Of a stretch of DNA of 64,000 nt, positions 43,751 to 53,701 are shown in pieces. Numbering within the stretch: position 1 is the stretch's first letter; the number at the start of each line of letters is the position of its first letter. A program made the translations under genes and the position numbers. The DNA is from Candidatus Thorarchaeota archaeon (lineage in GTDB: Archaea > Asgardarchaeota > Thorarchaeia > Thorarchaeales > Thorarchaeaceae). The DNA is taken from the NCBI GenBank assembly GCA_029855935.1, contig JAGSHN010000031.1, positions 73,650 to 137,649 of the forward strand, written 5' to 3'. Below the pieces are notes generated by a model that saw only the letters and a program-made list of their open reading frames with translations, was not told where the DNA came from and did not search any database.

Positions 43751-45403
43751 CTACTCCACCTCCTCCCATGGCTGACTCTCCAAGGATGGGCCCATCCTGT
43801 CCAGATTCAGGACGCAAGAATAGGTCCCCTGTACGATCTCCTCCTGGGAGAGCTGGTCACCCCTGAACGACGGCCGCTTGCCCTTCCAACGTTCGCTCAG
43901 GTATCGGAGCAGCTCCGTCTGTGCCTCTCTCCCGCTGAGGTCCAGCTCCTCTGCAAGAATCGGTGCGGCCCTGAGAGCACAGTACGTGCTCTGGCAGGGG
44001 CCAGTGCCGAGGCGAGTCCGACGACGGAGGTCGTTCAGGGTCTGTGGAAACTCCTCGCGGAGAGAGTAGCGCAGCTCGGCCTCGATGACTGGTTCGCAGG
44101 CGCAGATCGTCGACCTCCAAGAGGGGTTCTCACTGAGAAGCTCGAGCACACGTACAGTGAGAGTACCGCGTCGGGCGACCATTCTCTGAACGGTCTGTGC
44201 AGGCACGCCGTATTGCCGTGAGAGGACGAGAACATCAACATCGTCCTCCATGCCAGGCAACGGTCGCTCATGCGTCAAACACTCACTGTCAACACCAAGA
44301 CGCTGGCAAATAAGGTCGGTGACCGTCTGTGCCATACGACGGCACATTACAAGCTTGCCGCCCACAAAGCTGTAGAGGCCCACAACACCATCTTTCTCGT
44401 GATCGATGACCTCATAGCCCCGGGTCACATCGTCCTCGGGGACCTTCCACTGTGCCACAAGCGGCCTGACACCCTCCATCGTCCTGATGATTCTGGCCTC
44501 TCTCACTGACGGAACGACCCAGCTCATACTGGTGAGGAGGTACTCTATCTCGTCGTGCGACGCCGTCAGGTTGTCCGGATCCTCCCAAGTGTCGAGAGCC
44601 GTCGTCCCCAACAGGACCGTGTTCTCGTGTGGAAAGAGATAGATCATGCGTCCGTCAACCGCCTTTGCAATCACTCCTACGTTGACAACTCTTCTGTCCA
44701 GTATCACGTGTGCGCCCTTGTTCAGCCTGAGCTGCAGGGGGACTCCAGCAATCTCCGCTATGCGCGTCGCCCACGGCCCTGTGGCATTTACGACAATTCG
44801 TGCACTGGCACGTTCGATAGAGCCGGACAGACGATCGAAGAACTCGACACCTGTGACCTCACCCTGCCCGACAATGATGTTGGTCACTTCGCAGTAGGTC
44901 CTGATGTCAGCCCCGTGGTTCCGTGCATCAAGAGCCTGAAGGAGGCACAGCCTGAATGGGTCGATGAAGTATTCCTCGAAGTAGAGAGATGCAATGATAT
45001 CGGGGCTCAGCCGAGGCTCAATCTTCAGTGCGTCCTCAGGGGTGAGAAACATCACAGGCGGGACCTCGCGCTCAGCCGCCCTCTTTGAGTACTCCTCGGC
45101 AAAGTTCCCCCCGCTTGACAGGTCGCTCATCTCGATGAGAGGCGTGAGAATCGGGTTCTTCATCACTATGTGCCTTGCAATGTGCCTCAGATGCACGACC
45201 TCGGAGGAACACATATCGACGATGTGCGGCTCGCGCATGTACTTGAGCCCGGAGGAGATCATCCCGGCGCACGTGCCGACGGTCCCAGAGGCAATGTCGT
45301 CACGTTCAAGGAGCAACGTCTTCAGCCCGCGCAGGGCGCAGTCTCGGGCAACAGCTGTCCCCGTACTGCCTCCTCCAATCACTATCACATCATACTCATT
45401 CAT
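43751..45403 (-). CDS. glpA: Anaerobic glycerol-3-phosphate dehydrogenase subunit A (FAD + BFD-like 2Fe-2S)
   Basis: IGGGSTG-x3-ARD-x3-RGL, VNATGPWA, GVRPL, GGKL, ICACE, RRRTRLGTGPCQ-x3-C, ERWKG. Confidence 0.9.
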   Translation of the reverse strand: MNEYDVIVIGGGSTGTAVARDCALRGLKTLLLERDDIASGTVGTCAGMISSGLKYMREPHIVDMCSSEVVHLRHIARHIVMKNPILTPLIEMSDLSSGGNFAEEYSKRAAEREVPPVMFLTPEDALKIEPRLSPDIIASLYFEEYFIDPFRLCLLQALDARNHGADIRTYCEVTNIIVGQGEVTGVEFFDRLSGSIERASARIVVNATGPWATRIAEIAGVPLQLRLNKGAHVILDRRVVNVGVIAKAVDGRMIYLFPHENTVLLGTTALDTWEDPDNLTASHDEIEYLLTSMSWVVPSVREARIIRTMEGVRPLVAQWKVPEDDVTRGYEVIDHEKDGVVGLYSFVGGKLVMCRRMAQTVTDLICQRLGVDSECLTHERPLPGMEDDVDVLVLSRQYGVPAQTVQRMVARRGTLTVRVLELLSENPSWRSTICACEPVIEAELRYSLREEFPQTLNDLRRRTRLGTGPCQSTYCALRAAPILAEELDLSGREAQTELLRYLSERWKGKRPSFRGDQLSQEEIVQGTYSCVLNLDRMGPSLESQPWEEVE

Positions 45404-45570
45404 AGCAGGTCCTTCTTGGCCAACATTGTGCAGATGGTCTGCAGATTGAGAGATGGGGGAGAGTAGTAAGGATTTCGGCCAGAGTGGCACCGGAGAAGCG
45501 GTCTGGACGCACCTGTCACAGATAGATTAAAGTAACGAGTTTTCGGAGTCCGTATCAGACGCTCAGTTTC

Positions 45571-45825
45571 ATGGTGAGAATTGTGCCAACATACAACCTA
45601 GGATTGCTGACGATCACAAGACACGATGTGGAAAAGATAACCGATGCTCTGGGCATCCCGGAATACCGGTTCGAGGACATTGTGGATATCGCTCGACGCG
45701 GATGGCAACACGGTGACACCATCAGCGAGAGCATAGAGTTCATAGCTCAGCGGCTTGTTGGGTCTGAGCTCGTGCTCGCCATGATAATCCTCGGCCGTGT
45801 CTGGGAACAGAACAAGCGTGACTAG
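45571..45825 (+). CDS. Small hypothetical protein
   Basis: 84-aa ORF between glpA and the kinase, TATA-like ATTAAA upstream. Confidence 0.55.
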   Translation: MVRIVPTYNLGLLTITRHDVEKITDALGIPEYRFEDIVDIARRGWQHGDTISESIEFIAQRLVGSELVLAMIILGRVWEQNKRD

Positions 45826-45871
45826 TCTTAGTGTCGAGGGGATTGCCGGGAGAGCGGCTGCCACCGCGTCC

Positions 45872-47329
45872 TCACGACGTGAGTTGCAGCAGCTCTGACA
45901 TCTCGGCAAGTAGTAGTTTGTTAAAGACCTGGTACTGTGCCTCATATGTTTCAACGTTCTCCGGAATCGGCTGGCGTCGTTCCTCAACGTGAAACATGTT
46001 CTCAACTGCCTCTTTGAAGGACCCGTATACGCCCATCCCGATTGATGCAAGCACGGCTGCACCGATTACTGTCGAGTCACGGGACCTCGGAAGTAGGACT
46101 GGCTTGTTGGTGCAGTCTGCGATAATCTGCCTCCACAACGGAGAGTTCGATCCCCCGCCATCGATTCTGAGCTCATCGAACTCTGTGTCGAGCATCCCCT
46201 CCATCATCTCAACATACATGCGGATACCGTAGCCATTTGCCTCCATGATAGCACGAGCCACGTGTGCCTTGGTGTGCCGAAAGCCAAGATTGTAGAATAT
46301 GCCCTTGTTGTACGCCATGAAGGGAAAGACGACAAGACCATCGCTACCAGCCGGGACAGAACTCGCTGACGCCTCTATTATCTCGTAGACATCACGATTT
46401 GTCTCCGCAGCCAGTGTCATCTCCTGTTGACAGTACTGATCACGGAACCATTTGTAGGCAAGGCCTGTCCCGGGTATCACGCCCTCAAGAATCCACTTGC
46501 CGGGGATGGCCGCGGGATTGCAGAACATCACATAGGGGTCCTCAATGAACTCGTCCGTGGGAGTTATGACGAATGTTCCAGTACCGGTCGTCGCCTTGAC
46601 AACTCCTACCTCGATGGTTCCGGTACCCAGTGCAGAACACTGCTGGTCACCACTGCCCATCACGACCGGCGTGCCCGCCCTCAGACCCGTCGCTCTCGCA
46701 GCCCCGGAACTCACCTCACCAATCACCTCTCCGGGACGCACTATCTCAGCTAGCTTGTCCATCGGGATGCCTGTCATCTCACAGAGCTCATCCGACCAGT
46801 CCATGGTCTCATGGTTGAAGGGACCGTAGCGAGCATTGGCTGGCTCGGTCACCATCCTTCCGCAGAGTCGGTAGTTAATCAGGGCGTCTAGAGTGAGAAA
46901 CTTATGTGCCCGTTCGAATACAGATGGGCGGTTCTCAGCAAACCACATCATCTTGTTGACGCTCTTCCGGGGGCCGATATCCTCCGCCATCTCCTTCGCC
47001 CGGTCCGTGGACCTGTTGTCCACCCACGTCACAGTGGGCGCGAGAGGCGCACCATCACGGTCCACTGGTGTTATGCAATCGCGAGTTGTCGCCACCACAC
47101 ACGCGACTACCGACTCCGGACCAGCCCTAGAGGCGGAGAGGGCCCTCTGCATCGTATTGCAGGCTGTACGCCAGAACGTGTCGGCAAGCTGCTCGTGAGG
47201 TCCGAGATCGGATGGCGGAACAGGATACTCCTCATAGTGCCTACTGATCTCATTGCCCTCCTCATCGACAAGGCACGAACGCGCACCGGTGGTGCCAATG
47301 TCGAAGATCGCAAACACTCTCTGACTCAT
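45872..47329 (-). CDS. FGGY-family carbohydrate kinase
   Basis: DIGTTG, TWVDNR, GSGDQQC, TGTGT, DGGGSNS-x-LW-x-QI-x-AD, GAA. Confidence 0.92.
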   Translation of the reverse strand: MSQRVFAIFDIGTTGARSCLVDEEGNEISRHYEEYPVPPSDLGPHEQLADTFWRTACNTMQRALSASRAGPESVVACVVATTRDCITPVDRDGAPLAPTVTWVDNRSTDRAKEMAEDIGPRKSVNKMMWFAENRPSVFERAHKFLTLDALINYRLCGRMVTEPANARYGPFNHETMDWSDELCEMTGIPMDKLAEIVRPGEVIGEVSSGAARATGLRAGTPVVMGSGDQQCSALGTGTIEVGVVKATTGTGTFVITPTDEFIEDPYVMFCNPAAIPGKWILEGVIPGTGLAYKWFRDQYCQQEMTLAAETNRDVYEIIEASASSVPAGSDGLVVFPFMAYNKGIFYNLGFRHTKAHVARAIMEANGYGIRMYVEMMEGMLDTEFDELRIDGGGSNSPLWRQIIADCTNKPVLLPRSRDSTVIGAAVLASIGMGVYGSFKEAVENMFHVEERRQPIPENVETYEAQYQVFNKLLLAEMSELLQLTS

Positions 47330-47450
47330 TCTTAGCACCACGCGAGGAGCTGACAATGTTCAATCCCTCATGTGAATTATGTCACGCGGTGTTCTTGTAC
47401 GGGTCGAACCCTTTTTCTCTCGGCCACACCGTCACAGACTACGAGACACC

Positions 47451-48386
47451 GTGTCTGAAGAGTATCCAGTACTGGTAGAAGTTGAATCCGATGTCTATCT
47501 GGTGAGAGGTGCGAACAGAAGCAGATTCCCTCAGGCCAACTGCGTCCTGATTGACGATGACGTACTCACTCTCATTGACGCCGGTGCCGACCTCCAGAAC
47601 ATCAAACAGGCTCTGAGCAAGCTCGGCCACAGCGTTACAGACATAGACCGAATTGTGCTCAGCCATTTCCACATCGACCACAAGGGCTACGCAGAGATCA
47701 TCCGAAGAGAGGCCGACTGCGAAGTACTCTGTCATCGCCTCGGCGTGGAGGCGACCGAGAAGTTCGCGGGACTTGTGAAGTGCTACGGCCACATCAGAGG
47801 ACCGTACTACGAGGCCTGGCTGCGATTTCTCAAGACGTGGGCACCGTACTCCCTGGAGGACTATGTTGTGACGGGGTCCTATGCTGACGGGCAACGCATC
47901 GACTGCGGAAAGAACTACATAGTGGCGATTCACGCTCCCGGTCATACACACGACCACACGTGTTTCGGGATCAACGGTACCGACATTGTCTACTTGGTCG
48001 ACATAGATCTGACGAAATTCGGACCATGGTACGGCAATGTGGTCAGCGACATCACGCGGTTCAGGCAGGCCGTTGAGAAAATTATCGAGCTGAGACCGAG
48101 GATTGGCCTCAGCTCGCACTTGGTGGAGCCTGTGACTGATGGCCTGACGGAGCGACTGAGAGCATTCGGAAACGCCTTTGACGAACGTGAAAGAAGAATA
48201 ATCGAGAATATTCAGGATGGGCGAGACACCATTGACCAGCTGGCCCACGTTCCAATTGTGTATCCACGCCTTCCACACAAAGTCTACCTGATGTTCGAGC
48301 GAATAATGGTTGAGAAGCATGTGGACCAGTTAGTTCAACAGGGGCGGTTGGCCAGAGAGAACGGCCGACTTGTTGTGGTCGAGTGA
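47451..48386 (+). CDS. MBL-fold metallo-hydrolase
   Basis: LIDAG, SHFHIDH, PGHTHDH, SSH; GTG 47451. Confidence 0.9.
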   Translation: MSEEYPVLVEVESDVYLVRGANRSRFPQANCVLIDDDVLTLIDAGADLQNIKQALSKLGHSVTDIDRIVLSHFHIDHKGYAEIIRREADCEVLCHRLGVEATEKFAGLVKCYGHIRGPYYEAWLRFLKTWAPYSLEDYVVTGSYADGQRIDCGKNYIVAIHAPGHTHDHTCFGINGTDIVYLVDIDLTKFGPWYGNVVSDITRFRQAVEKIIELRPRIGLSSHLVEPVTDGLTERLRAFGNAFDERERRIIENIQDGRDTIDQLAHVPIVYPRLPHKVYLMFERIMVEKHVDQLVQQGRLARENGRLVVVE

Positions 48387-48469
48387 CAAGTACGGCCACC
48401 GACGAGGATCGTGCTGGTGGCCGCATCAGTTTGGGAAACCTGTCCCGACCTAGATGGCCGGAACAGTTC

Positions 48470-49255
48470 TCATTTGTGCTTGAACTGCGGTTCTCTCCGA
48501 TTGAGAAAGGCGTCGACACCCTCCCTCATATCCTCTGTGTCAAAGACCTCGCAGAAGACGTCCACCTCGAACTCAAGCGAGTCCTTCAGCGGCAGCACCC
48601 AGGAATTGTTCAACGAACGCTTCGCCAGCTTGATGGCAACGCCGGGCTTTTTGGCAAGACGCCTGGCCAGCTCCATAGCACCCTCGCGAAGCGCATCAAC
48701 AGAGTCAAACACCTTGTTCACCAAGCCGATCCTCAGCGCCTCATCCGCCTTGATCTGGTCGCCTGTATAGACAAGCTCCTTTGCCACACCGAGGCCCACA
48801 AGACGAGGCAGCCTCACAGTTCCCCCGAAGCCGGGAATTATTCCCAGATTGATCTCAGGCTGACCGAACCGCGCGTTTGCTGATGCATACCGGATGTCGC
48901 AGGCCATCGCTATCTCGCAACCGCCACCAAGTGCATAGCCATTGACGGCAGCAATGACAGGCTTGCTCATCGACTCTATGTATGTGCACAGTGCCTGACC
49001 ATTCTCTGCAAGCGGTCGCACTGTGCTCGAGTCCTTGTCTTGAAACTCTGTGATGTCTGCGCCAGCGGCAAAGGCCTTCTCACCCGCACCAGTGAGTATG
49101 ACGACACGAACCGAGTCGTCCTGTTCGGCCTTCTGAAATAGATCACGCAGCCGCTGAACGGTAGCCACATTCAGTGCGTTTAGCCGCTTCGGGCGATTGA
49201 TCGTGATTGTTGCAACACCATCCGACACTTCGTAAAGCACAGATTCCTCTGACAT
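48470..49255 (-). CDS. Enoyl-CoA hydratase (crotonase)
   Basis: NRPKRLNALN, AGADI, ALGGGCE, QPEINLGIIPGFGG. Confidence 0.93.
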   Translation of the reverse strand: MSEESVLYEVSDGVATITINRPKRLNALNVATVQRLRDLFQKAEQDDSVRVVILTGAGEKAFAAGADITEFQDKDSSTVRPLAENGQALCTYIESMSKPVIAAVNGYALGGGCEIAMACDIRYASANARFGQPEINLGIIPGFGGTVRLPRLVGLGVAKELVYTGDQIKADEALRIGLVNKVFDSVDALREGAMELARRLAKKPGVAIKLAKRSLNNSWVLPLKDSLEFEVDVFCEVFDTEDMREGVDAFLNRREPQFKHK

Positions 49256-49446
49256 TGTGTCTACTCTCCAAGGCACGGCAGGAGAACTCTTCCCATAAAT
49301 AAGCATTCACGGAGGGCGACAGAGGGCAGGTCTGGCCCCTCCACTGAACAAGAGCCCCGGCACCCAAGGTGCCGAGAGGTAGGTAGACTGCCTTCAGACT
49401 GACGGGTGCCAAGCAGACGTTGTCACGCACCGCCATTGAACAAAGA

Positions 49447-49458
49447 GTTGATATCGAG
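49447..49458 (+). promoter_or_regulatory. GTTGATATCGAG motif shared with the promoter of the next paralogue
   Basis: Matches GTTGATATTGAG at 50404-50415 (11/12). Confidence 0.5.
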
Positions 49459-49486
49459 ATACTTGACAGTCGCGGAAAGAAGCCGT

Positions 49487-50317
49487 GTGATCTTCGTGCG
49501 GAGAGTTGAGATTCTTCTGGATGGAGATTCATTCGTCCAAGGCACCGCCATCAAGGGTTCACTGCTGGTGCGGACTGATACCGAGTTCAGATGTGAGAGA
49601 GTGTCAGTCGCGCTTCACGGTGAGACTGGCACGAGTTCGCCGAGAGGCACGGTCGTTGGAAGGCAGAACGTGGTAGCACAGGAGACTGTCCTGAGCGGAC
49701 CAACGACGATATCAGCTGGCGAGTCGATGTTCTACTTCCGGTTCAATCTCCCCGAAACGGCACCCCCGTCATATTTGGGATGGGTGGGGTACGTCAGGTA
49801 CAACGTGAGCGCGCACATAGAGATTTCTCGGGGACGAGACCTCAGTGCCTCCAAGGAGGTCGTTGTTGTTCCCAGAGTGGAGCCTCTTCAGCCCCAGAGG
49901 AGCGAGGACCGCATAGTGCTCGGAGAGATGTCCGACATCTGTGTGGAGATTCCATCAGACATTCTGACACCGGGGCAGCCATTTCTCGTGAGGCATATGG
50001 TTCGCGGAGACCCTAGTGTCAGGGGAATTCGTCTTGAGATCATAAAGACACAACGTAGGAGCATTGGGGATTTTCATATGGAGATGGACGTTCCTATCTG
50101 CAAGGAGTATGTCGATAGGGACCAGCTCGCATACAACTCGTGGTCGGAGACTGTGCTCACCCCCGATGCCAATATGATAGTGAGTGTCGAAACGGAGACC
50201 ATGCACGTGGGCTATGTCCTGAAAGTGACTGCCGACATTCCGTGGCGACGCGACAGAAGCGTGACACTGCCCCTGAGAGTGGGCAGATCCGTTTCGGAAC
50301 AGTCTCAGGGGTCATAA
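49487..50317 (+). CDS. Arrestin/Vps26/SpoOM-fold protein (paralogue 1)
   Basis: FRFNLPETAPPSYLG-x2-GYVRYNVSA; LKVTADIPW; start GTG 49487 or 49496. Confidence 0.8.
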   Translation: MIFVRRVEILLDGDSFVQGTAIKGSLLVRTDTEFRCERVSVALHGETGTSSPRGTVVGRQNVVAQETVLSGPTTISAGESMFYFRFNLPETAPPSYLGWVGYVRYNVSAHIEISRGRDLSASKEVVVVPRVEPLQPQRSEDRIVLGEMSDICVEIPSDILTPGQPFLVRHMVRGDPSVRGIRLEIIKTQRRSIGDFHMEMDVPICKEYVDRDQLAYNSWSETVLTPDANMIVSVETETMHVGYVLKVTADIPWRRDRSVTLPLRVGRSVSEQSQGS

Positions 50318-50403
50318 TGAGGTGATATGCGGACGGTCTGTGCAGTGTCCAACGTACCGGAGATGCGCCATACTGAACTGTCCGGGATCATCTCGTGGCA
50401 AAG

Positions 50404-50415
50404 GTTGATATTGAG
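50404..50415 (+). promoter_or_regulatory. GTTGATATTGAG motif upstream of arrestin paralogue 2
   Basis: Matches 49447-49458. Confidence 0.5.
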
Positions 50416-50445
50416 TCAGTCTAGGCAGATGGCAGAACTGGCAGA

Positions 50446-51294
50446 GTGAGTGCGTTGAGAGAGGTGGAGATTCTTCTGGACAAGGAATATTATGTCCCTG
50501 GCGATGAGATCAACGGGAAGCTACGGGTCATCACAGACAAGGAGTTCGAGTGCAATAGGATTGTGGTGTCGCTTGTTGGCCTAGTTCGCGCCTCCATCAC
50601 GACGTCGGGTGGGAAGCACTCCCACACATACAGGGAGAGGAGAGGGATCGTGGCTGACGAGATTGTTCTCAGTGGGCCCACAAGACTCAGTCCGGGCGAA
50701 ACAGACTATGAGTTCCAGTTCACGCTACCACCAGAGGCCCTGGGTACCTTTCACGGGTACCGCGCAGATGTCGAGTACCATATCCACGGCGTTGTGGAGA
50801 TACCGTGGGCACTCGACCCCAAGGAAACGAAGGAGGTCCTCGTCGCCCCCACAGTGAAACGACTCATGCCTCAGAGAGTAGTGCGGACAATCACGCTGAA
50901 TGACCGTACGGAGATTGCAATCGAGCTGCCGTTCGACATTCTCACGCCAGAGCGCCCTCTGATAGCGAGATACACCGTGTGGGGTGATCCCAAGATACGG
51001 GGACTCCGCTTCGAGATAATGAGGGTCATACGTAGACTCGTCAGAGGCCGTGAGCGAGAGATGCCATTCGTGCTATTCAAGGGGGAGGTCCCGCGAGAGA
51101 ACCTCTCCTACGGTGCTTCAGGCGAGATTCAGCTGGAGTACGATGCGAGTGAGGCGTTCGAGTTCCACACCGACATTCTCGAGGTGGGATATATGCTGAA
51201 GGTGACAGCGGACATACCGTGGCGACCTGACAAGCTCGTGATGATTCCTCTGAGGGTCGGACGATTTGCCACGGAAGACCCCTTCTTCTACTGA
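50446..51294 (+). CDS. Arrestin/Vps26/SpoOM-fold protein (paralogue 2)
   Basis: YYVPGDEINGKL, PGETDYEFQFTLP-x5-TFHG-x3-DVEYHI, LKVTADIPW. Confidence 0.85.
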   Translation: MSALREVEILLDKEYYVPGDEINGKLRVITDKEFECNRIVVSLVGLVRASITTSGGKHSHTYRERRGIVADEIVLSGPTRLSPGETDYEFQFTLPPEALGTFHGYRADVEYHIHGVVEIPWALDPKETKEVLVAPTVKRLMPQRVVRTITLNDRTEIAIELPFDILTPERPLIARYTVWGDPKIRGLRFEIMRVIRRLVRGREREMPFVLFKGEVPRENLSYGASGEIQLEYDASEAFEFHTDILEVGYMLKVTADIPWRPDKLVMIPLRVGRFATEDPFFY

Positions 51295-51469
51295 GGGAGT
51301 AGTGGGTCACGTGAGTCAACGTCAAGGAGCCACGGTGTTCTGTTGAACAGCTGTGGCGTACCAATCGCCGTGAACACGACGCTCTTGCAACCTGGACGAA
51401 ATCAATTCTATCCATTGTCCATTATTCTTATAGGTCGGTTGTGCAATCACGGGAACAGTTCCTGCACAG

Positions 51470-51847
51470 GTGAGGCCCGTGAACACCGATGACCCCCGGG
51501 AGATATGGCGGAGCAGCCTGAGGGCAATGAGAAACTCCTTGCTTGGCACTTATGAGATCACGACAACGGCCGAGGAACAGAGAAGATTCCTCCAGTGCTG
51601 GACAGGGGAGGACAAGAACTACGATGTCTTCGCAGGGTACAGGCGGAACGAGGGACGACGCAGGATTCTCGATATTCTCGAGGTGATCGATGAGGGAATA
51701 AGGCGACTGGAGGAATGTGATATGAGGACGGGCGCCAAGGTGTTCCATGAGACTGTCGAGCAGGTCGCGCTCTTCTCCAGAGTAGCGCAGCTGCTGGAGT
51801 TATCCAACGAGCCTGCGCAGAAGCGGGCGGGCGGCCCACACCAGTAG
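51470..51847 (+). CDS. Hypothetical protein
   Basis: 125-aa ORF with CTTATA upstream. Confidence 0.65.
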   Translation: MRPVNTDDPREIWRSSLRAMRNSLLGTYEITTTAEEQRRFLQCWTGEDKNYDVFAGYRRNEGRRRILDILEVIDEGIRRLEECDMRTGAKVFHETVEQVALFSRVAQLLELSNEPAQKRAGGPHQ

Positions 51848-51934
51848 CAATTCGTGGCGGTGCGGTGCGCCCTAGGGACCAGACCCCCTGTGAGTGCAGA
51901 ATGAGAAATATGGGTGAGGGGAGGAATGAGTCCC

Positions 51935-52354
51935 CTACACCAGCCATTTGTAGGTTATCTTCTTGTCATCGATGCGATCGAAGGCGAGTTTCAGAGTCAT
52001 ACCAATCTCGGGCATCGACATCAGATTGGTGATATGTGCCGTGAGACGCTTGCCCGACGGAAACTCTCCTATCGCCACAACGTATGGAGCACGTGATGCC
52101 AGGCTCTCGGGCGCAAAGTCAACTATGACGTATGAATAGAGCTTTGCCTCCCGCTCGGGAAACTCGACGAGTTCGCACTCTTCAAGGTCCTTCTGGCAAT
52201 GCTGCCGCGGGGGGAGATATTCTGCCCCGCACTTGGGGCATCGGCTCATCATCAGCTTCTCCTGCTCCAGCGCCTCAAGGAACCTCTGGAAGAATGGTGT
52301 CACAGCCTTGTCGGTCGCGTATCCCAAGTATAGCTCCTTCTTCTCTTTGGACAT
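51935..52354 (-). CDS. DUF35 Zn-ribbon/OB-fold protein (thiolase partner)
   Basis: RCPKCG-x-x-YLPPR-x2-C, PYVVAIGEF, EIGM; follows the thiolase. Confidence 0.9.
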   Translation of the reverse strand: MSKEKKELYLGYATDKAVTPFFQRFLEALEQEKLMMSRCPKCGAEYLPPRQHCQKDLEECELVEFPEREAKLYSYVIVDFAPESLASRAPYVVAIGEFPSGKRLTAHITNLMSMPEIGMTLKLAFDRIDDKKITYKWLV

Positions 52355-52358
52355 TCGA

Positions 52359-53525
52359 TCACCAACCTCTCTCAAAGATTATCACGTTGACGAACTGGCC
52401 CGACTGGCCCACATTGTGGGCGAGACCATAGTGAACATCGTCAATCTGTCGTGACGGTTTCTGAACCTGTCCGCGCATCTGCATCAGAATCTCGTATGTC
52501 ATCGATATGCCCGTGGCGCCCAAGGGATGTCCCTTGCTCTTCAGACCCCCGTCCACATTGACCGGAATCCTCCCGTCGTGGTAGTTCTCCTTGTTCTCGA
52601 CTATCTCGCGACCCTTCCCGGGCTCAGCAAAGCCTAGGTCCTCATAGGCAATCAGCTCGGCTATCGTAAAACAGTCGTGAACCTCGGCCATGTCGATGTC
52701 CTTCGGCTCTATCCCGGCCATCTTGTATGCCGCCTTGGCCGCACGCTTTGCGCCCGGGATGGACGTCAGCGATGGTCGGTCTTGAATCATCATCTCAGAG
52801 GCCCCAGCGCCAATGCCCTTTATCCACACGGGCTCATCGGTGAACTCTTTGACCCGGTTCTCTGCTGCGATGACAACGGCTGCCGCACCATCGGTGATGA
52901 GGCTACAGTCGTAGAGATTGAGAGGTCGGGCAATGGGGACCGCATTGTTGGCCTCCTCAAGAGTCACCTCGCGCGGGAGGTGAGCCTTTGGATTCTGGGC
53001 CCCGTAGTGATGCGACTTCACTGCAATCATTGACAGAACCTCATGGGGCAGATTGTACTCGTGCATATACCGGGAGGCCATCAGAGCGTAGAAGGCGGGG
53101 AACGATATCCCGTAGGGATACTCCCACCGCATGTCTCCGGCACGGGCCATCAGCTCCGTGGCCTGTGCAGAGGTCACACGGTTCATCTGCTCGACTCCGA
53201 GGACGAGCATAACATCGTACAGGCCAGAGGCCACCATGCCCCACGCCGCACGAAGCGAGGCCGTACCCGTGGTACAAGCAGACTCGACCCTGAGATGTGG
53301 CTTCTCGTGAAGACCCAGATAGTCCGCAATGAGGGCCGATCCCGCACCCTGCCCCGTGAACTGGGAGGCTGCGTATGACAGGACGGAAGCATCAATCATG
53401 TCCTGTGTGATGCCCTCGTCTAGGATGGGCTTGAAGGCCTCGGCACATAGTTCTCGTACTGTCGCATCGTAGCGTTTGCCAAACTTGCTGTGGCCGCCAG
53501 CTACTACTGCTACGCGTCTTGTCAA
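52359..53525 (-). CDS. Archaeal thiolase (acetyl-CoA acyltransferase, SCP-x type)
   Basis: VESACTTG, ITDGAAA, AEVHDCFT, GGLKSKGHPLGATG. Confidence 0.95.
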   Translation of the reverse strand: MTRRVAVVAGGHSKFGKRYDATVRELCAEAFKPILDEGITQDMIDASVLSYAASQFTGQGAGSALIADYLGLHEKPHLRVESACTTGTASLRAAWGMVASGLYDVMLVLGVEQMNRVTSAQATELMARAGDMRWEYPYGISFPAFYALMASRYMHEYNLPHEVLSMIAVKSHHYGAQNPKAHLPREVTLEEANNAVPIARPLNLYDCSLITDGAAAVVIAAENRVKEFTDEPVWIKGIGAGASEMMIQDRPSLTSIPGAKRAAKAAYKMAGIEPKDIDMAEVHDCFTIAELIAYEDLGFAEPGKGREIVENKENYHDGRIPVNVDGGLKSKGHPLGATGISMTYEILMQMRGQVQKPSRQIDDVHYGLAHNVGQSGQFVNVIIFERGW

Positions 53526-53650
53526 TTCGTGTTCCTCCTAGGGCCCCTGCAAGAGATTCGAAGGCCCCAATGTGTGTCTTGTTGATTTGCTGTTCTTCGC
53601 CTAACAGAGTCTTAAGCTTGACGCTTTGTCGCCGAGATGATACTGGCCAG

Positions 53651-53690
53651 AATGAGAAAAATAGAGAGAGGGTGGTCCTTGGCGGACCAC
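53651..53690 (-). terminator. Hairpin plus U-tract after the enoyl-CoA hydratase
   Basis: GTGGTCC/GGACCAC stem then minus-strand CTCTCTATTTTTCTC. Confidence 0.5.
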
Positions 53691-53701
53691 TCTGAAGACA
53701 A

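Noticed and set aside
47439-48320. 293-aa minus-strand ORF
   Set aside because: Antisense shadow of the MBL hydrolase; no motifs
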